19,048 nucleotides of DNA from Cyanobacteria bacterium RYN_339. GTDB lineage: Bacteria; Cyanobacteriota; Sericytochromatia; S15B-MN24; JAQBPE01. A program made the position numbers and the translations under genes. The stretch covers positions 1-19,048 of the forward strand of contig JAQBPE010000315.1 in NCBI GenBank assembly GCA_028287685.1. Reading direction: 5' to 3'. Under the pieces are notes generated by a model that saw only the letters and a program-made list of their open reading frames with translations, ran no database searches and had not been told where the DNA came from. Of this stretch, positions 7,628 to 14,754 are shown one piece after another (position 1 is the stretch's first letter; each line of letters begins with the position of its first letter).

Positions 7628-8488
7628 ATGTTTGGCGCGCTCGTTCCCGTGACCGTGGTGGACCGCGCCCGCGCGCTGCGGGCCGCGCTGGGGCTTGGCG
7701 CGGGCTTGGCGTTGTTGGGCGCGGGCCTCACGGCCTGGGCCCACGCGGAGGATACCGGGATGCTGCGCTTGCGGGCGGAGCTGGGCGATCGCCCCGCCCA
7801 GACCCGGCTGGCCGGCCGGCTGGAAGGCCGTGAAGGCGGCAAGCCCGACTACGCCGCCGCCGCCACCTTCTACTTCCGCGCCGCCCGCGCCGGCGACCCG
7901 GTGGCCCAGCGGCGCCTGGGCATGCTCTACCACGAGGGCCAGGGCGTGAGCCGCGACGCCGGGCTGGCGCGCCGTTGGTTCCTGGAGGCCGCGCGCCGGG
8001 GCGACGTGGACGCGCAGGTGCTGGCGGCGACCTGTTACCACCTGGGCGAGGGTGGCCCCAAGGACCTGGCGGAGGCGCTGCGCTGGTACGAGGCCGCCGC
8101 CGCCCAGGGCGACCAGGGCGCCATGTTCGCGCTGGCCTTCCTCTATGAAGGCGCCGACGGCGTGCGCCCCGACCCCCACCTGGTGCTGCATTGGTACGCC
8201 GCCGCCGCGGAGGGCGGGGCGGCGGCGGCCCAGTTCCACCTGGGGCTGATCTACGAGGAAGGGCGCGGCACGGCGCGCTCGATGGACCAGGCCGTGAAGT
8301 GGTACAGCCTGGCCGCCACCCAGCGCCATGGCCTGGCCGCCCAGGCGCTGAACGACCTGCGCCGCGCCTTGCCGGCCGCCAAGCTCCTGCCGGGCCAGAT
8401 GCTCGCGGCCGACTGGCGGAAGCGTCACGCCGGCAGGGTGAACCAGAAGGTCGAGCCCCGGCCGGGGTCGCTCTCCACGCCCATCTGA
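7628..8488 (+). CDS. Sel1-like repeat (SLR/TPR-like) protein, secreted
   Basis: Signal-peptide-like N-terminus (RAALGLGAGLALLGAGLTAWAHAED). At least five Sel1 repeats of the form GxxYxxGxGVxxDxxxAxxWYxxAAxxG, e.g. LGMLYHEGQGVSRDAGLARRWFLEAARRGD and LGLIYEEGRGTARSMDQAVKWYSLAA. Confidence 0.8.
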   Translation: MFGALVPVTVVDRARALRAALGLGAGLALLGAGLTAWAHAEDTGMLRLRAELGDRPAQTRLAGRLEGREGGKPDYAAAATFYFRAARAGDPVAQRRLGMLYHEGQGVSRDAGLARRWFLEAARRGDVDAQVLAATCYHLGEGGPKDLAEALRWYEAAAAQGDQGAMFALAFLYEGADGVRPDPHLVLHWYAAAAEGGAAAAQFHLGLIYEEGRGTARSMDQAVKWYSLAATQRHGLAAQALNDLRRALPAAKLLPGQMLAADWRKRHAGRVNQKVEPRPGSLSTPI

Positions 8489-9531
8489 CCGCCGTGGGCC
8501 TCCACCATGGCCTTGGCGATCGCCAGCCCCAGGCCGGCGCCCCCATGCACGCGCGTGGAGCTGGGATCCACCTGGTAGAACTTCTCCCAGATCCGCGGCA
8601 GCTGCGCGGCCGGGATGCCGATGCCGGTATCGCGCACCGCCACCCGCGCGCTGCCGTTGGTTCGGCCCAGCGAGACATCCACGTGCCCGCCCCGGCCCGT
8701 GAAGGCCAGCGCATTGTCCAGCAGGCAGGCCAAGACCGTGGCGACGCAGCGGTGATCGGCGGGGACGATCACGGGAGAGGCCGGTCGGTTGACGGCCAGC
8801 GCCACGCCGCGCTCGTCCGCGCAGGCGTGCTGGATCTCCAGCGCGTCCTCCACCTCTTCGCCCAGGTCCAGCGGCGCGCACGCCAGCGCGAAGGTGCCGG
8901 CTTCCAGCCGCGTGAAGTCCAGCAGGTGGGTGACCAGGCGCTCCAGCTTGCCGGACGCCCCCTGAATCTCCTCCACGTAGGTAGATTGCTCTTCCGTCAG
9001 CTCGCCGCCCAGGCGGTCCTCCAGCAGCTCCGCGTAGCCACGGATGGTGGCGAGCGGCGTGCGCAGCTCGTGGGTGATGTTGTCGAGCATGCTGCTCCTC
9101 AGGCGGTCGAGCTCCTTCAGCCGCTCGTTCACGCCGCGCAGCTCCTGCGTGCGCGCCAAGACCTCCGCCTCGACGCGCTCGGAGTGGGCCCGCAGGTGGC
9201 CTTGTACCTGGCCGGATACCACCAGGCGCCGCTTCAGCAAGCCCACGATCGTAACCACGGCCGGGAAGATGGCCAGGATCAGCGCCAGTCGCCCCACATC
9301 CAGGGCGTCCAGCGGAGAGAGCGTGATGGCATAGTAGGCCAACGTGATCAGCATGCTGGCGAGCCCCGCGAGGAGCCCGTCGACGAAGGTGAAGTAGACC
9401 AGCGCCAGCAGGAAGATCGGCACCGTGAAGCCGAAGAAGATGGCTTCGTGCAAGACCGTGTGGCCAACGCCCTCGAGCAGGACGATGACCACGAGCAAGG
9501 TCACCAGGGGTCCCAGCAACGGTTTCGCCAT
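8425..9531 (-). CDS. membrane-embedded (about 4-TM, intramembrane-sensing) histidine kinase (orphan)
   Basis: Track ORF 8425..9585(-). Start placed at ATG 9531 (MAKPLLGPLVTLLVVIVLLEG...). The track TTG 9585 would place coding sequence inside the palindromic operator of the divergent arsR promoter. Three to four hydrophobic helices with no periplasmic domain, H-box THELRTPLATI, HATPase_c motifs DTGIGIP and [12 protein letters not shown]-terminus GSTFWFTLPA. Confidence 0.8.
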   Translation of the reverse strand: MAKPLLGPLVTLLVVIVLLEGVGHTVLHEAIFFGFTVPIFLLALVYFTFVDGLLAGLASMLITLAYYAITLSPLDALDVGRLALILAIFPAVVTIVGLLKRRLVVSGQVQGHLRAHSERVEAEVLARTQELRGVNERLKELDRLRSSMLDNITHELRTPLATIRGYAELLEDRLGGELTEEQSTYVEEIQGASGKLERLVTHLLDFTRLEAGTFALACAPLDLGEEVEDALEIQHACADERGVALAVNRPASPVIVPADHRCVATVLACLLDNALAFTGRGGHVDVSLGRTNGSARVAVRDTGIGIPAAQLPRIWEKFYQVDPSSTRVHGGAGLGLAIAKAMVEAHGGQMGVESDPGRGSTFWFTLPA

Positions 9532-9572
9532 ACCATGTTTGACCAACGAGAGGCGTTTTCGTTCCCAGGTGC

Positions 9573-9601
9573 TTGCCAATATCAAAAAACCTTGATATAT
9601 T
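9573..9601 (+). promoter_or_regulatory. sigma70-like promoter TTGCCA-17-TATATT with ATATC-N10-GATAT palindrome (box 1) filling the spacer; near-leaderless arsR-family transcript
   Basis: TTGCCA 9573-9578, 17-bp spacer, TATATT 9596-9601, ATG at 9608. Palindrome atatc aaaaaacctt gatat at 9579-9598 (extended ATATCAA/TTGATAT 7-6-7). The same half-sites and spacing recur at 9955-9974. Confidence 0.5.
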
Positions 9602-9607
9602 CATCCC

Positions 9608-9934
9608 ATGACCTCGATGGACGAAGACCTGCTTGCCCGCCAGCTCAAGGTGCTGGGCCACCCGGACCGCCTCCGCCTGCTCCGCCTGATGGCGTTGCCG
9701 GAGAAGTTCCCGGGCAACCTGGTGGACGCCCGCGCCGTGGGCGTCTGCGTGAATGACCTGGCTAAGGCGGCGGAGCTGCCCCAGTCCACCACCTCCCACC
9801 ACCTGGGCTTGCTCCAGAAGGCCGGGCTGCTGCAGACCACGGAGCACGGCCAATGGCGTTACGTTCGACCGGACCCCTCCGCCTTGCGTATGCTGGGCGC
9901 CTCCGTCGCCGGGTTGGTAGGCTGGACGCCCTAG
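9608..9934 (+). CDS. ArsR/SmtB family transcriptional regulator (single-Cys variant)
   Basis: 108 aa. Winged-HTH recognition region ELPQSTTSHHLGLLQKAGLL typical of ArsR/SmtB. The position of the canonical CVC metal site holds only one Cys (GVCVNDL). Confidence 0.85.
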   Translation: MTSMDEDLLARQLKVLGHPDRLRLLRLMALPEKFPGNLVDARAVGVCVNDLAKAAELPQSTTSHHLGLLQKAGLLQTTEHGQWRYVRPDPSALRMLGASVAGLVGWTP

Positions 9935-9944
9935 CTCCCCTTTT

Positions 9945-9974
9945 TTGGTCGATTATATCCAGTTTTATAGATAT
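9945..9974 (+). promoter_or_regulatory. promoter TTGGTC-17-TAGATA for the OYE gene, overlapped by ATATC-N10-GATAT palindrome (box 2)
   Basis: TTGGTC 9945-9950, 17-bp spacer, TAGATA 9968-9973. Palindrome atatc cagttttata gatat at 9955-9974. AGGAA at 9975-9979 and ATG at 9988. AT-rich island with a T6 run at 9941-9946 just after the arsR stop. Confidence 0.45.
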
Positions 9975-9987
9975 AGGAATCAATAAA

Positions 9988-10983
9988 ATGAACTCTTTGG
10001 ACCAACATCCCCTGTTCAAGCCCGCCGTGCTGGGATCGCACGTCTTGCGCGGGCGGCTGGTGTTGCCGCCGATGGCCTCGGGCACCGCCGACGCGGATGG
10101 GCAGGTCACGGCCGCGACGCTGGCCCACTACGACCGCATCGTGGGCGATCGCCACGCCCTGGCCTGGGTGGAATACACGGGCGTCCACGCCTGGGGCCGC
10201 TCCGAGCCCAACCAGACCATGTTGAGTTCGGAGCGCCACCTGCCGGGCCTGACCGACCTGGCCCGCCTGATCCGCGCCAAGGGTGCGCTGCCGGGCATCC
10301 AGCTGACGCACGCCGGCGCCAAGACGGACGTGGACCTGATCGGGCGCCGCCCTTTGGGCGCCAGCGCCTTGCCGGTGCCGGCCCACGGCGGCGACATGCC
10401 CGCGCCGGAGCCGATGACCGCGGTGGAGATTGCCGAGCTGTTCGACGCCTTCGTGACGGCCGCCCGCCGGGCCGAAGCCTGCGGGTTCGCGGCCATCGAG
10501 ATCCATGCGGCCCACGGCTACTTCTTCAACCAATGGTTGTCCCCGCTGACGAACCAGCGCAAGGACGCGCATGGCGGCAGCCCGGAGAACAGGCGGCAGT
10601 TGCTGGTCACCCTGGTGGCCGAGCTGCGCCGGGTGTTGAAGCCTTCGACACTGCTGTCCGTTCGGTTCCCCGGCCAGGACCGGTTGCCCGGGGGGATGGA
10701 GCCGGAGGAGGCGGCAGAGCTGGGCCGGGCGCTCAAGGCGGCCGGGATGGACATGCTGGATGTTTCCAGCGGCCTGGGCGGCTGGCGCCGGGGGCGCGAC
10801 CAGCGTGGCGAGGGGTACTTGGTTTCGGACGCGGCGTTCTTGCGGCGCGAGGTGGGGTTGCCGGTGATTGGGGTGGGCGGCGTCTCCAGCCTCGAATACG
10901 CATCAGAGGCGCTCCAGGAGGTAGACTTCGTGGCGGTCGGGCGGGCGGTGCTCGAGAACCCGGCCTGGCCTCTGGCCGCTTAG
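9988..10983 (+). CDS. Old Yellow Enzyme family NADH:flavin oxidoreductase
   Basis: In-frame part of track ORF 9853..10983. Start ATG 9988 (MNSLDQHPLFKPAVL...). OYE signature HAAHGYFFNQWLSPLTNQRKDAHGGS, consensus HxAHGYLxxQFLSPxxNxRTDxYGGS. Confidence 0.85.
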   Translation: MNSLDQHPLFKPAVLGSHVLRGRLVLPPMASGTADADGQVTAATLAHYDRIVGDRHALAWVEYTGVHAWGRSEPNQTMLSSERHLPGLTDLARLIRAKGALPGIQLTHAGAKTDVDLIGRRPLGASALPVPAHGGDMPAPEPMTAVEIAELFDAFVTAARRAEACGFAAIEIHAAHGYFFNQWLSPLTNQRKDAHGGSPENRRQLLVTLVAELRRVLKPSTLLSVRFPGQDRLPGGMEPEEAAELGRALKAAGMDMLDVSSGLGGWRRGRDQRGEGYLVSDAAFLRREVGLPVIGVGGVSSLEYASEALQEVDFVAVGRAVLENPAWPLAA

Positions 10984-11999
10984 TCCGGCCAGAACACCGT
11001 ATCCCAGGCCTGGTTCTCCACGAACACCAGCTTCCGCGTCGGCACATCCCACAACCGCGGGTGCGACCCGGATCCCGCGCACGTCGCGAGCAAGGAAGCC
11101 CCGTGCCGGTTCAGCGCCACGGTATCTCGCGAGCTCCACGGCAAACCCGGCGCCAGCGTGGTCTTGGCCCCGGTATCGAACGCGATCCGGCCCGTCGCGT
11201 AGGTGAACTCGCCCGAGAACATCCAGAAGTACACCGGGCCGGGGGTCCCGGCGAGCTGTACCCACCCGTCGCCCTCCGTCCCATGCAGCGCCGGGGCCAT
11301 GCGCCGCAGCTTCTCCTTGGCGCCCGTTCCCAGCGCCGGGCCCTCCCCGGGGTGGGCCGTCAGCATGGTGGATGTCCGCGTCCCCAACGTCTTGGCAGCA
11401 GCCAGCGCCCGCACGCCCTGGGCGTAGTCCCAGCCCGTATCGGACAGGATCGTCTGGACGCGCTGCCAATGGTGGTCGGGCTCCAGGCGGTAGGCGTGCA
11501 CGAGCACCGGGAGCCCTTCATGACCGAGATCCCCGCCGTAGCGCTTGCCTTCGAAGTCCACGTAGTGGCGGCCGTGCTTGTCCTCGAGTAACTTGATCTC
11601 CTGCTCCGTCAGCGCCAGCACCGCGCCCCCGGCGTCGTAGCCGGCATCCCGCAGCGCGCCCACCGGCGGCAAGCTCAATTGGCGGGTCTGGTGGGTCGGT
11701 AGGTCCACCAAGAACAGGCGCTCCGTCAGGCCGGCAGGCATCGGCTCCTCGTGGTTGTTGATGAAGCCGCGGTTGTAGGGGGCGAACCAGACCAGCCCGC
11801 GCTTGCGGTTGGCGCTCCAGGCCGCGCGGGCGCCCGCGGGCGACCCCGGGAAGGTGGCCACCACCGCGCGCTCGCGGGGGTTGAAGGGGTTCAGCTGCAG
11901 CCAGGTCGCGTTCGGCCCGGCGGCCATGAAGGTGGACAGGTGCAGGGCGGGCGCCGGCGTGACGGCTGCTGCCAGCAAGAAGGTGGCAAACACCCTCAT
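10980..11999 (-). CDS. secreted hypothetical protein
   Basis: Track ORF 10980..12257(-). The 86 codons upstream of the internal Met are R/P/G-rich and non-protein-like. Start ATG 11999-11997 (MRVFATFLLAAAVTPAPALHLS, signal peptide) overlaps the upstream SDR stop (ATGA), so translationally coupled. About 339 aa with no recognisable family and several W-containing motifs (RLWDV, TVFWPD). Confidence 0.6.
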   Translation of the reverse strand: MRVFATFLLAAAVTPAPALHLSTFMAAGPNATWLQLNPFNPRERAVVATFPGSPAGARAAWSANRKRGLVWFAPYNRGFINNHEEPMPAGLTERLFLVDLPTHQTRQLSLPPVGALRDAGYDAGGAVLALTEQEIKLLEDKHGRHYVDFEGKRYGGDLGHEGLPVLVHAYRLEPDHHWQRVQTILSDTGWDYAQGVRALAAAKTLGTRTSTMLTAHPGEGPALGTGAKEKLRRMAPALHGTEGDGWVQLAGTPGPVYFWMFSGEFTYATGRIAFDTGAKTTLAPGLPWSSRDTVALNRHGASLLATCAGSGSHPRLWDVPTRKLVFVENQAWDTVFWPD

Positions 12000-12799
12000 A
12001 GGGGCTTGTTGCGGAAGCGCCGCAAGAAGAACCGGTCTAACAGCGCCGGCGCGACGCGGGCGAGGAACAGGCCCAGGCTCTCGAGGCCGCCCGCGGGCGC
12101 GATCTCGCGCTTGCGGGCGGTGATCGCGGCCAGCACGTCGCGCGCCACGTCTCGCGCATCCAGGCCGCCGGCGGTCTCCGGGTCCATGTGGTCGTAGCGC
12201 GAGCCATCCGCCGCGAGGGCGTTGAGCGAGATGTTGGTGGCGACGAAGCCCGGGCAAACCGTCAGGACATGCACCCCGCGGTCCAGCACCTCCACGCGCA
12301 GCGCGTCCATCAGGGCCTGCACCGCGTGCTTGCTGGCCGCGTAGCCGCCGCGGTAGGGCGGCGAGAAGTGGCCCACAACGCTGGAGATCACCACCACGTG
12401 ACCGCGCGCGGTCGTGATGGCGGGCAAGGCGGCCTGGATCAGGCTGACGCTTGAGTGGAAGTTGATGTCCATGAGCTGGCGGAAGACCGCCGGATCCGTG
12501 GCTGCCACCTCCCCGCGCATGCTCACGCCGGCGCTGTGGACCAGCCCGTCCAGCCGACCGAACGCCGCCTGGGTGGCCGCGACCGCCGCCGCGCAGTCTT
12601 CGGGCCGGGTGACGTCACCCGCGGTGACCAGCACGCGCTCCGGCTGCCCCCAGGCCTGGCGCAGCTCCTCGAGCTTGTCGCGGCTGCGCGCCATCAGGGC
12701 GACGCGGGCGCCGGCCACCACCATGGCCTGGGCGATCGCCAGCCCGATACCGGAGCTGGCCCCCGTCACGAGGAACACCTTGTCCTGGAAGTACCCCAC
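11996..12799 (-). CDS. SDR family short-chain dehydrogenase/reductase
   Basis: GTG start 12799-12797. Classical SDR motifs TGASSGIG (cofactor binding) and YAASKHA (YxxxK catalytic). 267 aa. Start lies 4 bp after the upstream flotillin-like gene stop (12804-12806). Confidence 0.85.
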   Translation of the reverse strand: MGYFQDKVFLVTGASSGIGLAIAQAMVVAGARVALMARSRDKLEELRQAWGQPERVLVTAGDVTRPEDCAAAVAATQAAFGRLDGLVHSAGVSMRGEVAATDPAVFRQLMDINFHSSVSLIQAALPAITTARGHVVVISSVVGHFSPPYRGGYAASKHAVQALMDALRVEVLDRGVHVLTVCPGFVATNISLNALAADGSRYDHMDPETAGGLDARDVARDVLAAITARKREIAPAGGLESLGLFLARVAPALLDRFFLRRFRNKPL

Positions 12800-12803
12800 C
12801 GCG

Positions 12804-14621
12804 CTAGGGAGCCTCGGGCGGCTTGGGTTCCGAGCCGGGGAGCCGCAGGCCGAAGGCGTTCGCCACGCCCAGGGTCTTGGCCAGGAACTCCGGCAGCGCG
12901 TTGAACGGGCCGTCGCCGCTCTTGCCGTCGCTCACGCCCACGTAGCGGTATTCCTGGATGTCCGGCATCTGCGACGCGATCTCCGGCAGGCGCATGATCA
13001 GCTCCGTTTGGATCGCCATCGGCGACTTGGCGTTGGCCGTCTCCTGGCGCCAGCGCTCCACCTCCGCGTTGGCCCGGTCCGCGACGTTGTTGACGCGGTG
13101 GGCGGCCTCGGCCATGTCCAGGCGCTGGACTTCCGCCTCGCGCTCGGCCTGGAGCTTGGCGGCCAGGCGTGTACGGTCCAGCGCGATACGCCCATCCAAC
13201 TCCACGCGCTCCGCGGCGCGGCGCGCTTCGGCCGCGCGCTGCTGGGCGGCCAGCTCGTGGATCTCGGACTCCGCGCGGGCCACGGCCAGTTGCTCCTCGG
13301 CCTTGCGGCCGGCCAGCTGCTGCTCGGCCTGGAAGGTCGCCTCGCGGGTGGCGTGGGCGTAGGCGTCCGCCAGGCGGGCCAGCTCGGCCTGTTGGCGGCG
13401 CTCCTCCGTCTCGCGGTCCGCTGCCAAGCGGGCCAGCTCCGTCTGGTGGCGGTACTGTTGCTCGGATTGCTCGGCCTTCTGGCTCAATTCTTCCTGGCGC
13501 GTACGCGCGGCCAGGTTGGCCTCCGCGCTGGAAAGCTCCGTCTCCGCGCGCAAGCGGGTGATCTCCGCGGTGGCGCGGGCGTCCGCCGCCTCGCGCTGGA
13601 CCTCCGCCTCGCGGCCCTTGGCCTGGATCTCCGCCTCCGTCGCGATGGTGGAGAGGCGGGCCACGCGGGCCTTCTCGTTGCGGTAGGGCGTTTGGAGGTT
13701 CTCGAACAGGCTGGACGAGGCCACCACGGCCTCCTTGATTTGCACCGTCACGATCTTCAAGCCCAGCCCGTCGCCGTCGCGGCCCTCGGCCACGCTCTTC
13801 ATGCGCTCCGTCAGCTCCTGGATGATGGGGGCCTTGTCCGTCAGGACTTGTTCCACGGTCATGGTCGAGACCGTATCCTTGATCGCGGCTTCCGCCTGCT
13901 CGCGCAATTGGGAGTTCACGATGCCCATCGGGTCGTTGGCGTTGGAGAAGTCGAGCCGCTTGTAGGCGATGGCGAAGTCGCTGATCAGCCACTGGACGTA
14001 AGCCAGCACGTGGATGCCCTGCTTCTCGGCGCTGATGCACTTGGCGAAGATGCCGATCGTCTGCATGGCGGCAGGCACCGCGATGTAGCTGTCCGTCAGG
14101 GGGTTGTAGCGGAAGCTCTTGCCCAGCCCCAACGTGACGGGCTCCGCGCGGCCGCGGCGCGTATGCACCACGTAGGCGTTGGGCGGCACGATCACGTTGC
14201 GCCAAATCCAGAAGCCCGTCTCCACCACGCGCATGCCGGAGCTCTCCAGCTGGAGCTCTTCGGAGGTCTTGTTGGCGGCGGCGTAGGAGCTCATCGGGGC
14301 GGCGGCTTTCTTGCGGGCGGGGGCGTCGGAGCGTTCGCGCAGGGCACCTTGGGCCCTTTGCATCAGCGGGGCATCGAAGCCCCCGCCTCCCGGTGGCCCC
14401 CCCACCAGCGGCATCGCGGCCGGTGGCGGCGCCATCGCGGGCATCGGCGGGGCCCCGCCTCGGTCGTTGGGCGCTTCGTCCCAGACGTACGCGTCGGCCT
14501 CCGGGGCGGGCTCCGCTTCGAGCTCCTCCGCCACGAGGTGGGCCTGCCCGATATCCATCAACGCTTGCTTGAAGGCTTCCGCGGCCGGCGCGTTCGACTT
14601 CTTGTTCATGGGGGGCTGCAT
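12804..14621 (-). CDS. SPFH/band-7 flotillin-like protein with about 125-aa Pro/Gly-rich N-terminal extension (no N-terminal hairpin)
   Basis: 605 aa. SPFH core begins WRNVIVPPNAYVVHTRRG. Long Ala/Glu/Arg-rich coiled-coil region typical of flotillins, and C-terminal YRYVGVSDGKSGDG. The N-terminal region (MQPPMNKK...PPMPAMAPPPAAMPLVGGPPGGGGFD...) has GC-rich third positions, so it is probably translated. Possible -10 TAAGAT with a 7-nt leader. First gene of the operon flotillin-like, SDR, secreted protein. Confidence 0.8.
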   Translation of the reverse strand: MQPPMNKKSNAPAAEAFKQALMDIGQAHLVAEELEAEPAPEADAYVWDEAPNDRGGAPPMPAMAPPPAAMPLVGGPPGGGGFDAPLMQRAQGALRERSDAPARKKAAAPMSSYAAANKTSEELQLESSGMRVVETGFWIWRNVIVPPNAYVVHTRRGRAEPVTLGLGKSFRYNPLTDSYIAVPAAMQTIGIFAKCISAEKQGIHVLAYVQWLISDFAIAYKRLDFSNANDPMGIVNSQLREQAEAAIKDTVSTMTVEQVLTDKAPIIQELTERMKSVAEGRDGDGLGLKIVTVQIKEAVVASSSLFENLQTPYRNEKARVARLSTIATEAEIQAKGREAEVQREAADARATAEITRLRAETELSSAEANLAARTRQEELSQKAEQSEQQYRHQTELARLAADRETEERRQQAELARLADAYAHATREATFQAEQQLAGRKAEEQLAVARAESEIHELAAQQRAAEARRAAERVELDGRIALDRTRLAAKLQAEREAEVQRLDMAEAAHRVNNVADRANAEVERWRQETANAKSPMAIQTELIMRLPEIASQMPDIQEYRYVGVSDGKSGDGPFNALPEFLAKTLGVANAFGLRLPGSEPKPPEAP

Positions 14622-14699
14622 GCCGCGATCTTACCAGACGAGCCAGGCATTTTGCATGACCTGGCCGCGGGCGCTCTTAGGTCAAATCGGGCCGCAGAG

Positions 14700-14754
14700 G
14701 GATGGGTTATAATGTGCGCGTCGCCCCCGCTGGGGCGCAAGAGGAGCCAACCAT
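14700..14754 (+). promoter_or_regulatory. promoter -10 TTATAAT plus Shine-Dalgarno for the TPM-domain gene
   Basis: gggTTATAATgtgcgcg at 14707-14713, the only strongly AT hexamer nearby. AAGAGGAG at 14739-14746, 8 nt before ATG 14755. No convincing -35 at 17 bp. Confidence 0.45.

Noticed and set aside
9532-9585. TTG 9585 as start of the membrane histidine kinase
   Set aside because: It would place coding sequence across the palindromic operator/promoter of the divergent arsR-family gene. ATG 9531 begins directly at the first TM helix region.
5990-9853. Single 1287-aa minus-strand ORF in the track
   Set aside because: Only the C-terminal about 527 aa (from MPMEVKL, 7573) look like a protein, a CrtI-family flavoenzyme. 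The upstream in-frame part is Arg/Gly/Pro/Ala-rich junk, antisense or off-frame to the real Sel1 and kinase genes, which is typical for open frames in GC-rich DNA.
9886-9946. Rho-independent terminator after the arsR-family gene
   Set aside because: A T6 run (9941-9946) is present but I could not find a convincing GC-rich stem immediately upstream. The T-run more likely belongs to the AT-rich promoter island for the OYE gene.
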